A stretch of 64,000 nt of DNA from Thermoplasmatota archaeon (GCA_036160735.1 JAYYDR010000051.1:10830-74829); one strand, 5' to 3'; shown: positions 37,511 through 47,258, counted from the first letter of the stretch. Notes: generated by a model from the letters alone, not told the origin. Numbers and translations are program-made.

Positions 37511-39025
37511 TCATGGCGAGAATGTTCCTGCCGCAGGACTCAACTGCGGTAAGGTCGTCACACCGATGAGATCTGGTGAGAATACAATCACGTTGAAACA
37601 CATAATTGCAAGCAGAATCATCATTCCAGAGTGCTTCATTCCGCTAGTGAATCGACCAGTAGCCATGAGGCCCGCCATCGATCCATTACCTAATGCTTGC
37701 ATTGTTACACCATAATAGAAAATCGTAAGGAAGAACAGAGGCTCAATGTTTCGAATGACCATGTTTCCTAACTGCTGGCCTCCACCACCGTCTTCAGAAT
37801 CAGAGTTTGAACCTGCGATAGCAGGAATGAAAACCTTAGCTAGAACAACAATAACACCCAAGAAAACACCGTACGATGTCCAAATAACGGAAATATACGA
37901 TGCAATCGAACGTTTTCTCTCGCCCTCGAGGAACTTCAACTCACGACTGTCATTAGCGGCAGTAACGAGAATGTCAGAAATCTTACCGCCCGCTCTATTC
38001 GCTTCAGAAATCAGCGATATAGCACGCAAAACAAGCGGTGTTCCAACCCTTGCTGCGAACATTTCAATAACGTCACCAAATGCTACACCCCATGATAACT
38101 GGTCACTCATTTTCTTAACTTCGTGATTCAGGGCGCCGTATTCACTCGTCGCTAACGTTTGAACCGCCACCGTCATAGACAAACCACCTTTCCAATATTC
38201 TGCAAGGTCTCTCAGGAAATCTGGGAATTTTTCTTCCATTTGGTTCGTCTTTTCTTTTACTCTATCCCAGTAGAATGAAGCAGGCCAGAACATTATGAAG
38301 AAACCTAAACCGAAGAAATTCAAGAAAATTGTTGGTCTCAATGACAGACCACCTAGTTCAACTTCTGGACCAATCCACTGTGATTTGTTATTCATATTTT
38401 CAGGTATGCCATCATAGTAGTCCATCTTCAATTTGAACGTCGCTTCTTGAACTACGTTTTCAGAGATAATAACAACTTGATACAAGTTTCCTTTCTCGAC
38501 ATTCTGGATGTAAATTTGACAATCGTCATCATTGGAGTGAGTATTGCCGGAGTACCTCGTCATTTCTTGACCTGCAGGGTCATAAATTATGAAGGAATAA
38601 TCAGAGGGAATTGCAGCTTCGACATCACAAGTTCCAGTCATGGTTTGGTCGGGTAAAACGTTGGCAGTCACGTTCTCGTCCATCCCTGGGACATCGAATA
38701 ACTGACCTAGTCCAACGAATTCCTTCCACGGCTCCTCGGGAACCATAACCAACTGGTCAGGCTCATCCTTAAGCAAATCGAATTGGCATGATTCGTTATC
38801 GTCAAAGGTTGGAATGTAATTTGGGTCATATCCACAAACTGTGTTCACGAATAATGGCTGTCCATTTGGGGCGGTTGTGAAGTGTGAATTGGTGACCCAA
38901 AAAGTGAATGATGCAAGGCCGAGGAAAATGCTGACACCGAGAATAGCATACAACTTTGTTAGAGTAGTATCGTCTTTTGGTAAATCCAACTTTACGATGA
39001 TTTTCTCTTTCTTTTTTCGTGCCAT
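37511..39025 (-). CDS. Type IV pilus / Tad-like platform protein (TadC/FlaJ-like, T2SF domain) with an unusual ~190-aa Cys-containing extracytoplasmic N-terminal domain.
   Basis: T2SSF-like region LVLRAISLISEANRAGGKISDIL. TM1 followed by a domain with 4 Cys, then several TM helices. Confidence 0.65.
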   Translation of the reverse strand: MARKKKEKIIVKLDLPKDDTTLTKLYAILGVSIFLGLASFTFWVTNSHFTTAPNGQPLFVNTVCGYDPNYIPTFDDNESCQFDLLKDEPDQLVMVPEEPWKEFVGLGQLFDVPGMDENVTANVLPDQTMTGTCDVEAAIPSDYSFIIYDPAGQEMTRYSGNTHSNDDDCQIYIQNVEKGNLYQVVIISENVVQEATFKLKMDYYDGIPENMNNKSQWIGPEVELGGLSLRPTIFLNFFGLGFFIMFWPASFYWDRVKEKTNQMEEKFPDFLRDLAEYWKGGLSMTVAVQTLATSEYGALNHEVKKMSDQLSWGVAFGDVIEMFAARVGTPLVLRAISLISEANRAGGKISDILVTAANDSRELKFLEGERKRSIASYISVIWTSYGVFLGVIVVLAKVFIPAIAGSNSDSEDGGGGQQLGNMVIRNIEPLFFLTIFYYGVTMQALGNGSMAGLMATGRFTSGMKHSGMMILLAIMCFNVIVFSPDLIGVTTLPQLSPAAGTFSP

Positions 39026-39040
39026 TTTCTCACCTCCTCA

Positions 39041-40060
39041 TCACATCTTTTGCTCTTCGCTTGACGACCAAACAATAAACGCAAACATAGCGTGAATCAT
39101 AGGCAATACAAGCAGGACCACCGCATACAGGGTACTCTCTTCCATCTGGGCACCTGCACCGCTAACCCAGAACATAATGACCAACATAACGATTAGGAAA
39201 AGTGGCATTGCTACTGCAACAACAACGTATGATTCTGCAAGCATTGCGAGGGACTCTAGGAACTCTTGCAATCTTGTTCTGTTCTCACGCATGTAGTGTT
39301 CAGCACGGTTCAGGAAGTACAATTTCAGTGAACCTCCAGCGGTTAGTGTACCGACCATTCCTTGGAAGAATTCAGTCATCCACGGTGAAGCTGCTCTGTC
39401 TACAGCCATTTTCATCGCAGTAAGTAAATCATAACCTAACAGTGAGACGTCTCGATAGATCATCGAAGAATCGTATGCGATTTCACCGTAGATATCTCCA
39501 TTCAATGCCAGTGATTTGAAAATCTTGTGAGGCGTTGCATTCGCCGCAGCCATTGCTGCCGTGTAGGAAGCAGCGTAAGGAAGGTACTTCTCAAGTGCTA
39601 CTCCTCTAGCATGCGCTGCTCTTGCTGCAGACCCTTTCAGGAATCTGAAGGTTCCGAATGGGACCACGAATCCGAGTAAAACTGGAATCAGAATCTTTGC
39701 AAATAATGGGAATTCCATATATTGGAAGTACGGGCAGCCTCTGCTTTCGAGGGTTTCATCAACCAAGTCAGCATTCCAGTATTCCCATTCATAGCATGCG
39801 TATGCGTAGTTCATGTCTGGTCTCGATTCGTACCAAGCGATTAGGCCGATATCAGGAAGAAAGACTCCAGCCAGTAAAATCGCACAGATGATAGTAACTG
39901 CGACAGTAGTTACGAATAATTGGGCCATGTATACCTCAGGCATAATTGGCATGTTCCCTTTAACGAGGTCATCAGATAACTTCGCATCACCTCTCGCCTT
40001 CTTCTTGAAAGCTCTACCTAGGATACGATGACAAATCTTCTGCCATGCGGTTAACTCCAT
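39041..40060 (-). CDS. Type IV pilus / Tad-like platform protein (TadB-like, T2SF domain). Contains an extracytoplasmic loop with the motif CYEWEYWNADLVDETLESRGCP.
   Basis: T2SSF-like region QEFLESLAMLAESYVVVAVAMPLFLIVM. Multiple TM helices. Confidence 0.65.
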   Translation of the reverse strand: MELTAWQKICHRILGRAFKKKARGDAKLSDDLVKGNMPIMPEVYMAQLFVTTVAVTIICAILLAGVFLPDIGLIAWYESRPDMNYAYACYEWEYWNADLVDETLESRGCPYFQYMEFPLFAKILIPVLLGFVVPFGTFRFLKGSAARAAHARGVALEKYLPYAASYTAAMAAANATPHKIFKSLALNGDIYGEIAYDSSMIYRDVSLLGYDLLTAMKMAVDRAASPWMTEFFQGMVGTLTAGGSLKLYFLNRAEHYMRENRTRLQEFLESLAMLAESYVVVAVAMPLFLIVMLVIMFWVSGAGAQMEESTLYAVVLLVLPMIHAMFAFIVWSSSEEQKM

Positions 40061-40084
40061 GATTTAGCCCCCTCTTTTCTCGAA

Positions 40085-41617
40085 TCAGCGTAGACCATCA
40101 ACACGTGCTAGGATTTCATGCGGCCTGACGTAGTACTCGGTGATGATTTGACTCACTTGGTCGGCTTTTCTAATATCGTTCAAAACCATCCATTCCAAGA
40201 TTCTCTTTCGTGTTCTTAGTTCACGACGCATTTCATCTTGGCTGAAATTGATTTTGACCATAATCTTCTCAAGAACGTAAGACTTTCCAGAGAATATGAA
40301 ATCGTCATTGGCGACATTCCATCTGAATACTTCATTTGTGATTACTTCCAAAGAGTTTGGATCAATACCAACAATCTCTACAATTTGCTTGGTTCTTCTA
40401 ACACGTCTACCGTTGATACGAGTCTGAATCTGAATTGCGCAGGCTTCTAGAGCAGGTAGCAATACACGTGGAATATCAATTGGCTTGTTCTCTAACCTGT
40501 GGACAAGTGAAGGTACAGAATCTGCGTGCACCGTTGAATAAGCACAGTGTCCAGTTGCCATGGCCTGGAACAATACGTACGCTTCTGCACCACGGATTTC
40601 ACCCACGATGATGTATTCCGGTCGTTCACGAAGAGCAGCCTTGAGCAACTCGAATTCTCCGATTTCACCTTCATTCGATTCACCACCGAAACCTTGCCTT
40701 GTTAGACCAGGAACCCAGTTCGGTTGAGGGATGTTTACTTCACGTGTGGATTCGATACTTACAATCTTCATCTGCCAAGGAATGAAGATACACATAGCGT
40801 TGAGAGTTGTTGTCTTTCCAGATGCAGTACCACCTACGAACAGCATTGGAACTTCATTCTGGAACGCGACCCAAAGGTATGCTCCCATCAGTGAAGACAA
40901 GGTACGGAAAGCGATGATGTCACACGGAGAGAACGGGTCGTCCTTGAACCTACGAATACAGAAAGCCGAACCTCTGGTTGACACTTCTCTTCCTAATTTC
41001 ATGACGATTCTTGAACCATCCATCAGTGTAGCATCCAGCAAAGGGTCCGCTACCGAAATGTGCTTTCCACAACGCTGTGCTAATTTAATGACGTAAGATT
41101 CCAATTCTTCGTCGGTTTCCCAAACACAGGTAGTTTCCACAGATTCGAATTTTCTGTGGTATGCGAAAATTGGGACATTTGTTCCGTCTAAGGAAATATC
41201 TTCCACGTTAGCGTCATTCATCAGAACGTCCATCTTTCCGTATCCGACCAGGTCACGGCGAAGGTAGTAGAAGAGTTTGGATTTGGATTTCTTGTTAATT
41301 TTCATCCCGTAAGCCTTGATGACTTTGTCCATCGCTGTACGCAAGTATGCAGTTGGGTCTGCATCGATTTCTTCGATGTTGGCCGTTAGTGAACGGATGA
41401 AGATATCCAATAACTCATCTCTCCACTCTTGCTCTTTCTTGTTCAACGGAGGTTCGATGATTTGGTAAATGATGTTCAGTGTCCTCTTATCACGGACAAT
41501 TCTAGCAAACGCGTGGGGTGGCATGACTGGGTATTTGTCAAGCTCATCGTACATTGCGCGTTGCTGGTTTCTTTGCCTTCTTTGGCGTCCACCACCTTTC
41601 CTTGCCATACGTAGCAC
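40085..41617 (-). CDS. Type IV pilus/archaellum-family secretion ATPase (FlaI/TadA/GspE/VirB11 superfamily).
   Basis: Walker A FVGGTASGKTTTLNAMC, Walker B/Asp box, His box. 510 aa. Confidence 0.85.
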   Translation of the reverse strand: MLRMARKGGGRQRRQRNQQRAMYDELDKYPVMPPHAFARIVRDKRTLNIIYQIIEPPLNKKEQEWRDELLDIFIRSLTANIEEIDADPTAYLRTAMDKVIKAYGMKINKKSKSKLFYYLRRDLVGYGKMDVLMNDANVEDISLDGTNVPIFAYHRKFESVETTCVWETDEELESYVIKLAQRCGKHISVADPLLDATLMDGSRIVMKLGREVSTRGSAFCIRRFKDDPFSPCDIIAFRTLSSLMGAYLWVAFQNEVPMLFVGGTASGKTTTLNAMCIFIPWQMKIVSIESTREVNIPQPNWVPGLTRQGFGGESNEGEIGEFELLKAALRERPEYIIVGEIRGAEAYVLFQAMATGHCAYSTVHADSVPSLVHRLENKPIDIPRVLLPALEACAIQIQTRINGRRVRRTKQIVEIVGIDPNSLEVITNEVFRWNVANDDFIFSGKSYVLEKIMVKINFSQDEMRRELRTRKRILEWMVLNDIRKADQVSQIITEYYVRPHEILARVDGLR

Positions 41618-41665
41618 CCCCTAACACTTGAGACACGGTTACTCTCGGTTATGACCTTTCGCCAT

Positions 41666-41693
41666 TGTGAGGGGCCCTACGGGCCCTCTCACA
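41666..41693. terminator. GC-rich hairpin (tgtgaggggccc-tac-gggccctctcaca) overlapping the stop codon of the UPF0200-like gene, 48 nt upstream of the pilus ATPase start.
   Basis: Near-perfect 12-bp arms with a TAC triloop, read directly. Confidence 0.4.
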
Positions 41694-42234
41694 GGTTATC
41701 TAGCCAAGCCGAAACTCGAGTTTTCAAATCGCCTAAATCCGATTCGTTGGGGAAGGAAAAATCCGCTTCTCGAATAATAACATCCAATCCCCATCCAGTT
41801 TCTCTTTTATCTCGTGCTTCCAAGTCTGAAAGATCACCCTCTTCCGAGCGCGCTCTTGATTGGACTCTTTCAAATCTGAGTTGCTTAGAGGCAGTTATTG
41901 CGACTACCTTAAACGATTCACCCCAGTGGCTTGAAAAAACTTCGCGTTCTGCAGTACCTCTCAATCCCTCGATTAGCACGATTTCATTTTCTACTAACAA
42001 CTCATCAACAGCTTGAACCAATCTCTGAGCAAGAACATCATCTCCATGTTCGGCCCTCATCTGTGATGCTACCTCACCAAAAACGTGGGGTGCCTCGGGA
42101 ATTCCTCTCGCCTTGACCTCAGCCCTAACCATGTCACCCATGGAACGTACTGGAATTCCTGTTTTTGCTAAAATTGCTGCGAACTCGCCCTTACCGGCTG
42201 CAGGTAATCCACTCACTGCGAATACGAGCCCCAT
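41689..42234 (-). CDS. UPF0200-like P-loop nucleotide kinase (adenylate/dephospho-CoA-kinase-like fold).
   Basis: N-terminal VFAVSGLPAAGKGEFA P-loop and lid-like region. 181 aa. Confidence 0.5.
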   Translation of the reverse strand: MGLVFAVSGLPAAGKGEFAAILAKTGIPVRSMGDMVRAEVKARGIPEAPHVFGEVASQMRAEHGDDVLAQRLVQAVDELLVENEIVLIEGLRGTAEREVFSSHWGESFKVVAITASKQLRFERVQSRARSEEGDLSDLEARDKRETGWGLDVIIREADFSFPNESDLGDLKTRVSAWLDNL

Positions 42235-42252
42235 GATGTCCTCGGCGCGGTT

Positions 42253-43860
42253 TCAATTGTTGAACTCTGCCCTTCCCCATTTACGGTCAAGCAGTTTCAT
42301 CAGCAAAATTGCAGCTGCCACCAAACAGGCGCTCACTGCAAGAATTCCCTTGAATCCTGTTGCCATTCTTTCGTTATCAAATTCAACAGCCTCTGCTTGC
42401 AAACCCTTGTCCTGCACTTGGTCAGCCCAATTCTCGTAGAATGACACGTCGCCTTGTGTAAATGAAAGTAAGAATAGTGCTAGTAATGGCAGAACTGTTC
42501 CAATCCAAAACCATGTCATAATCTTAGCATCGAATATTGCCTTATTTGGAGCAAGGCCCATCAAGAATGCAGTCAAGCAAACGATGTAGATACTGTTAGC
42601 AATCATTACAACCAAACCGACTGGCAATACTGCCCATTCATCGAGTCTCCATGCCATCAAGCACAGGAAAATCACTGAAATCCATGTTGTAGCTAGGAAG
42701 TAAACTGTGACTTTTGCTCTGATCAATTGCGGAACGCTAAGCGGTAATCCATTCATGTGTTCGGGTGAGTCCAAAGCGGTTAGCCACGAGTAGAAGTTGA
42801 AACCAAAGAATCCCAAAAATGGAGCATATGAAAGCAGGTTTATCGGAATTGGAGCTTCTGCAAAATCGACTAACCACGCCATCATCAGTAACACGATTAA
42901 CGGAACTGAGTAGGACACTGTCATCTTCTTCAATGAGCCCGAGCGAATTAGATCTACCACCTCTTTAGCGACCAGCAATCTTAGAGGGCCACTACCGAGG
43001 AATCTCAGTCGATCCCATGCTGGCAAAAATATCTCTTTCTTTGAAACTACTTTCACTTCAAAGTCATCTAGTACAAGTTGTGAAGCAATCCACGCCAATA
43101 ATATGGATGCTGAAAGAGCAGGAATAGCCAGCAGCAGGCCGTCTGGTTGTTGTGTTGCTAAGCCCCACAGGAAGTACTGGCGAGGCATCAATCCTAGACC
43201 AATCGTAGTTCCAAGTCCTATCACAAAAATAGGTGTGAGACGGCTAAACCATCCGCCAAGAAGCCAAAGTGAGGATGCTATGAAACTGAACGCTAAGCCT
43301 TGTGCTAATGTTACAGACATAGCAACCCATGTTCTTGGCAGGCTACTGTATTCGAGAGGAGTGCTAACACTGGTAAAACTCTCAAGAAGAATGCCGATTG
43401 CCATTCCAGAGATTACAGGAGTTAGGATTAGCATCACATAATAGGTCAAATCTTTGACGTAGTAGGCAAAATGTGCAGTTGGATTGGTCAGTGGCTGTAG
43501 TGCTGGTGATGCAAGGAGATAGTTCTTGGTTCCAGTTCTAGCGAGGACCTTTTCTCTACCGAGGAAGGCGAAGGAGCCCATTCCCAAACTAAAGAATAGC
43601 AATGGTAGATGAAGCGCAAAACGCATTTCTTCCCATGTGAATGCATTGGATTCATTATCCGTTACCTGAGCCGCACCTTCTCCCACTAGGAACTGAAGAC
43701 CGATTGTAGCAACCATTGTTACGAGGGCGACCAACAATGGGAAAAGTAAGATTCTTCTTTTCTTTGCAAAATCTAGATTCTCTCTAAATTCTTCGATAAA
43801 CATTGCACGGAAAGTAGCAGAAAATGCGCCCCATCCAACAAGAGGTGTGTTCAATTTCAT
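42253..43860 (-). CDS. ABC-2-type exporter permease (polytopic membrane protein).
   Basis: 10 or more TM helices. Immediately downstream of the ABC ATPase gene. Confidence 0.65.
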   Translation of the reverse strand: MKLNTPLVGWGAFSATFRAMFIEEFRENLDFAKKRRILLFPLLVALVTMVATIGLQFLVGEGAAQVTDNESNAFTWEEMRFALHLPLLFFSLGMGSFAFLGREKVLARTGTKNYLLASPALQPLTNPTAHFAYYVKDLTYYVMLILTPVISGMAIGILLESFTSVSTPLEYSSLPRTWVAMSVTLAQGLAFSFIASSLWLLGGWFSRLTPIFVIGLGTTIGLGLMPRQYFLWGLATQQPDGLLLAIPALSASILLAWIASQLVLDDFEVKVVSKKEIFLPAWDRLRFLGSGPLRLLVAKEVVDLIRSGSLKKMTVSYSVPLIVLLMMAWLVDFAEAPIPINLLSYAPFLGFFGFNFYSWLTALDSPEHMNGLPLSVPQLIRAKVTVYFLATTWISVIFLCLMAWRLDEWAVLPVGLVVMIANSIYIVCLTAFLMGLAPNKAIFDAKIMTWFWIGTVLPLLALFLLSFTQGDVSFYENWADQVQDKGLQAEAVEFDNERMATGFKGILAVSACLVAAAILLMKLLDRKWGRAEFNN

Positions 43861-43908
43861 CCCAGCATTGGTTGAACCTAGTTTTTCTGGGAGAGAATGG
43901 TCTGAATA

Positions 43909-43926
43909 TTCAGACCAATCATTGCT
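43909..43926. promoter_or_regulatory. Perfect 18-bp palindrome ggtctgaatattcagacc in the 86-bp gap between the ABC ATPase and permease genes.
   Basis: Read directly. Dyad centred on AATATT. Confidence 0.3.
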
Positions 43927-43946
43927 CTTGATGGATACGGACAGAA

Positions 43947-44726
43947 TTACTCCTCCTCACTTACTCCTTCGTCGCTCAATCGCTCAGCTTCCTCAATCGA
44001 GTGTCCAACCAATCTGATGAAAACGTCCTCTAAGGTCTCTTCATCATTCTCTTTCAAACCTTTCACCGTGCCAGCAGCTAACACTTTTCCGTGATTGATA
44101 ATCGCCATGCGATTACACATTCTTTCAGCCATCTCAAGAACGTGAGAACAGAGGAAAATTGTACCGCCGTTAGCGACCATGTCAAGAAGCCACTGTCGGC
44201 ACTTTCTCTGATAAATTGGATCTAAATTTGCGAATGGTTCGTCTAGGAATAACAACTTGGGTTCATGGATAAATGCAGAGGCAAGCATCACTTTTTGCCT
44301 CTGACCCTTGGACAGGTCCTTACACATGGTGTCTCTTTTTTCCTGCAGACCGAACCAATCCATCCAATGTTCAACTTTAGAATCCAAATCTTCGACACCT
44401 CGCAACTTACCTACAAATTGCAAAAATTCACTCGGTGTCAGATATGACGGTGGAGATTCTGACTCAGGTACAATTCCAATATTCGCCTTGAGTTTTTGAG
44501 GTTGCTTTGAGGCATTGATTCCTAGGACTTCCACCGCTCCGATACTAGGCCGCAGTTGACCGGTTAGTAGTTTAATGAAAGTGGACTTTCCTGCTCCATT
44601 AGGACCGAATACTCCAAAGAATTCGCCTGAACTAACTTTGACATTTAATGGGTGAAGGGCAATAAAATCACCATAACGCTTACCCAAATCTTTAGCGACA
44701 ACCAAGGAATCTTCAGCGTCTGCCAT
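43947..44726 (-). CDS. ABC transporter ATP-binding protein.
   Basis: Walker A GPNGAGKST, ABC signature LSKGQRQKV, Walker B LLFLDEP, H-loop. Confidence 0.9.
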   Translation of the reverse strand: MADAEDSLVVAKDLGKRYGDFIALHPLNVKVSSGEFFGVFGPNGAGKSTFIKLLTGQLRPSIGAVEVLGINASKQPQKLKANIGIVPESESPPSYLTPSEFLQFVGKLRGVEDLDSKVEHWMDWFGLQEKRDTMCKDLSKGQRQKVMLASAFIHEPKLLFLDEPFANLDPIYQRKCRQWLLDMVANGGTIFLCSHVLEMAERMCNRMAIINHGKVLAAGTVKGLKENDEETLEDVFIRLVGHSIEEAERLSDEGVSEEE

Positions 44727-44798
44727 AATTCTTCCATGTGCTTCAATGACTTCAATGTGTGCTTACAGATTGATTTGCTATGACTGTGTCGGAGTGGC

Positions 44799-45623
44799 AT
44801 GGACGAAGTAGTGATTATCGAAGAAATCGCTTGCGAGAACGGTGACGGAATTATTGCAAAGGTTACAATCAATAGACCAGACAAGTTGAACGCACTAAAT
44901 CAAGACGTAGTAAAATCGCTCAAGGATATGTGCAAATGGGCTGAAGAAAATGATTTGGTCAGATGTGTAATCATCACGGGTGCAAAACCGAATCCTCCGC
45001 CGGAAGGTAAGAGAGCAAAACCACATGCCTTTGTTGCAGGTGCTGATATCACAGAGTTTGCAGGCAAGAACTCAACTGAAATTCGTGAATTATTCAGAGA
45101 CAATGCTATAGAAGCGATTTGGAATCTGAGTAAGCCAACTATCGCAATGGTGGATGGATTTGCACTCGGCGGTGGATGCGAGGTAGCATGCTCCTGTGAC
45201 ATTCGAGTTGCAAGCACAAGAGCAATCTTTGGAACTCCCGAGATAAAGTTAGGACTCATTCCCGGATATGGTGGTTCTCAGAGATTAGTCCACCTCGTTG
45301 GATATGGCCGCGCAATGGAGATGATGATGACTGGAAACAATGTAAGCGCAGAAGATGCTTACAGAATGGGACTTGCTAACCACCTTTGCGAGCCAGAGAA
45401 TCTTGAAGCAAAGGCGATGGAACTGGCTAAAATCATTGCATCAAAGTCAATGAATACCATGAAGGTTGCAAAGAAAACAATCCGAGCAGCACTGGATAAT
45501 GGAATAACCGACGGTGTTGAAATAGAGGCTGTAGCATTTGCAAACCTATTCGATACAGAAGACCAAGAAATTGGTGTTCAAGCATTCCTTACCAGAACTG
45601 AGCCGGAATGGAAGCACCGTTAA
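44799..45623 (+). CDS. Enoyl-CoA hydratase/isomerase family protein.
   Basis: FVAGADITEF and GFALGGGCEVACSCDIRVA motifs. Confidence 0.8.
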   Translation: MDEVVIIEEIACENGDGIIAKVTINRPDKLNALNQDVVKSLKDMCKWAEENDLVRCVIITGAKPNPPPEGKRAKPHAFVAGADITEFAGKNSTEIRELFRDNAIEAIWNLSKPTIAMVDGFALGGGCEVACSCDIRVASTRAIFGTPEIKLGLIPGYGGSQRLVHLVGYGRAMEMMMTGNNVSAEDAYRMGLANHLCEPENLEAKAMELAKIIASKSMNTMKVAKKTIRAALDNGITDGVEIEAVAFANLFDTEDQEIGVQAFLTRTEPEWKHR

Positions 45624-46519
45624 TCGTCGCTTGCCATTTCGTCTTTCAATGCAGCAAGTGCCCCTGAAGCACCTGGAGGAGGTGGAAGAGGAAGACCCAA
45701 TTCTTCAGGTGTTGGAAGCCCTTGTGGAAGAGGGAGAGTTGCTGTTGTTGCTCGTTCTTCTTCTACTGCGACAAATCCGGTATCTAGAGGAACTCTTAGT
45801 TTCAGAATTGATGACTCATCAACTCTTACAAGAGTTGCACCGTAAACGTGGCCTGCTTCTGCTTCTGCAGGCTCGATTAGAATATTGTGACCGTGGTTTT
45901 CGCTTTGGATGAGTCCAACCAAGTCTTCTCCGGAACTGTGCTCTTCCCACATCTTCGCAGTGGACGCACGAATCTCCGCCATTTGGTCACGGCGACGCTC
46001 TTCTATCCGTGCACGGATCCGAGAATGACGGTCTCGCTTTTCTTGTATGTGAGCTGATATATTTGCATCCTCAATCGATTCTGGAGAAGATTCAACCACG
46101 TACTCGTCGGCGACGTGTACCTCTTCTACCGATACTGTAACCTCTTCTAGGTCATCATCAGGTTCAACGGTGATTTGCGCTTCTTCAGCTGCTTGCTTGC
46201 TAGCGGCTACCTTTGCCATCTTTCGTTCTCTCAGCGAAGCGCCATCCAGTTCATCCTTAGTCACAACTTCAGGAATATCAACTGAAACATCCTCGATTTT
46301 TTTGACTTTTACAGGAGTTACCGTACCTTGAGACCCTGGCCTATTCACTGGTTTTGGTCCATCTGCAAGGTACACCCAAATAATTGCCAAGAGAAGGTTT
46401 GCACCGACTAAACCCCAGCGACCATTCTCGTCTAAATCGGCTTGTAGTAGGAAGAATCCAATGATTCCTCCAATCAGTAGAATGAAAACGATGAACCTTG
46501 ATGTTTTCATGCTGACCAA
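45620..46519 (-). CDS. Hypothetical N-terminally membrane-anchored, highly charged (Glu/Asp/Arg-rich) protein with a Pro-rich C-terminus.
   Basis: TM FIVFILLIGGIIGFFLL. Charged coiled-coil-like middle. PLPPPPGASGA C-terminus. Confidence 0.45.
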   Translation of the reverse strand: MVSMKTSRFIVFILLIGGIIGFFLLQADLDENGRWGLVGANLLLAIIWVYLADGPKPVNRPGSQGTVTPVKVKKIEDVSVDIPEVVTKDELDGASLRERKMAKVAASKQAAEEAQITVEPDDDLEEVTVSVEEVHVADEYVVESSPESIEDANISAHIQEKRDRHSRIRARIEERRRDQMAEIRASTAKMWEEHSSGEDLVGLIQSENHGHNILIEPAEAEAGHVYGATLVRVDESSILKLRVPLDTGFVAVEEERATTATLPLPQGLPTPEELGLPLPPPPGASGALAALKDEMASDD

Positions 46520-46549
46520 CTCACTCCAAACCGCCCGCCCTCAAGAATA

Positions 46550-47194
46550 TCACCCAAGACTGTCGAGGTGCTGAATTAATCCAGAAAGGGCCCTGTGGCG
46601 GTGAGAATAATTCTGTTTTTCTTCAAGTGAAATACCGCCGAATGGAGTGCCATGTGTACTTTTTACACCCATTTCACCAACGGGTAATGCATTTCCTTCT
46701 TCATCTAAATCAGAAGGAATGAAGATCGGGTCGAACCCAAAGCCATCCCCAGTGACGGGCTGGTGAGCAATCCTACCAGGACAGACGCCTTCTGACACAA
46801 TGGTTTGTCCGTTTTTGTACAACACAGAAACTGCTCTGAATTCGGCTTTCCTAAGGTTACCGTCCTGAATTGGGTCTTCGCTCTTTAGATGTTCCAATAG
46901 TTTGAGAATCCCGTAAACATCAAGCGTTTTGAGTACGTAAGATGAATACACGCCAGGAAAGCCATTCAGCGCCTCAACGAATAGTCCCGCATCCTCGACA
47001 AGGAGCATGTCATCTTGGTTTGGTAAGTGAGGAATTGCCTGCTCGATTTTTGAAAGGGCGACGGTTTCTAAATCCTCTGCCTGTGGCTCGGATGCTTCAA
47101 ATTCGAATTGTCTAACATCGATTCCATGATGCGAAAAATACTCCCTAGCTTCTTCGACTTTGCCAGGATTGGTCGTCATGAACCAGATTGTCAT
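46550..47194 (-). CDS. Non-canonical purine NTP pyrophosphatase (Ham1/RdgB/ITPase family).
   Basis: TTNPGKVEE, FGFDPIF and SHR motifs. Start at MTIWFMTTNPGK, since the upstream part of the ORF has no similarity and would overlap the CrcB promoter region. Confidence 0.7.
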   Translation of the reverse strand: MTIWFMTTNPGKVEEAREYFSHHGIDVRQFEFEASEPQAEDLETVALSKIEQAIPHLPNQDDMLLVEDAGLFVEALNGFPGVYSSYVLKTLDVYGILKLLEHLKSEDPIQDGNLRKAEFRAVSVLYKNGQTIVSEGVCPGRIAHQPVTGDGFGFDPIFIPSDLDEEGNALPVGEMGVKSTHGTPFGGISLEEKQNYSHRHRALSGLIQHLDSLG

Positions 47195-47258
47195 AAATGA
47201 CCCTGAAACTAATGCTTTTTGAGCATGTTTGATAGAGTGCACCTCTTGAAGGTCATTT

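Noticed and set aside
44727-44798. Direct repeats (cttcaatg x2, tgtgctt x2) in the divergent promoter between the ABC ATPase and the crotonase gene.
   Set aside because: Short 7-8-mers in a 72-bp region. Possibly a regulator site but not distinguishable from chance without comparative data.
45538-45912. 124-aa plus-strand ORF with poly-Leu/Glu runs.
   Set aside because: Antisense to the charged Glu/Asp-rich region of the 45620-46519 gene, a mirror-frame artefact.
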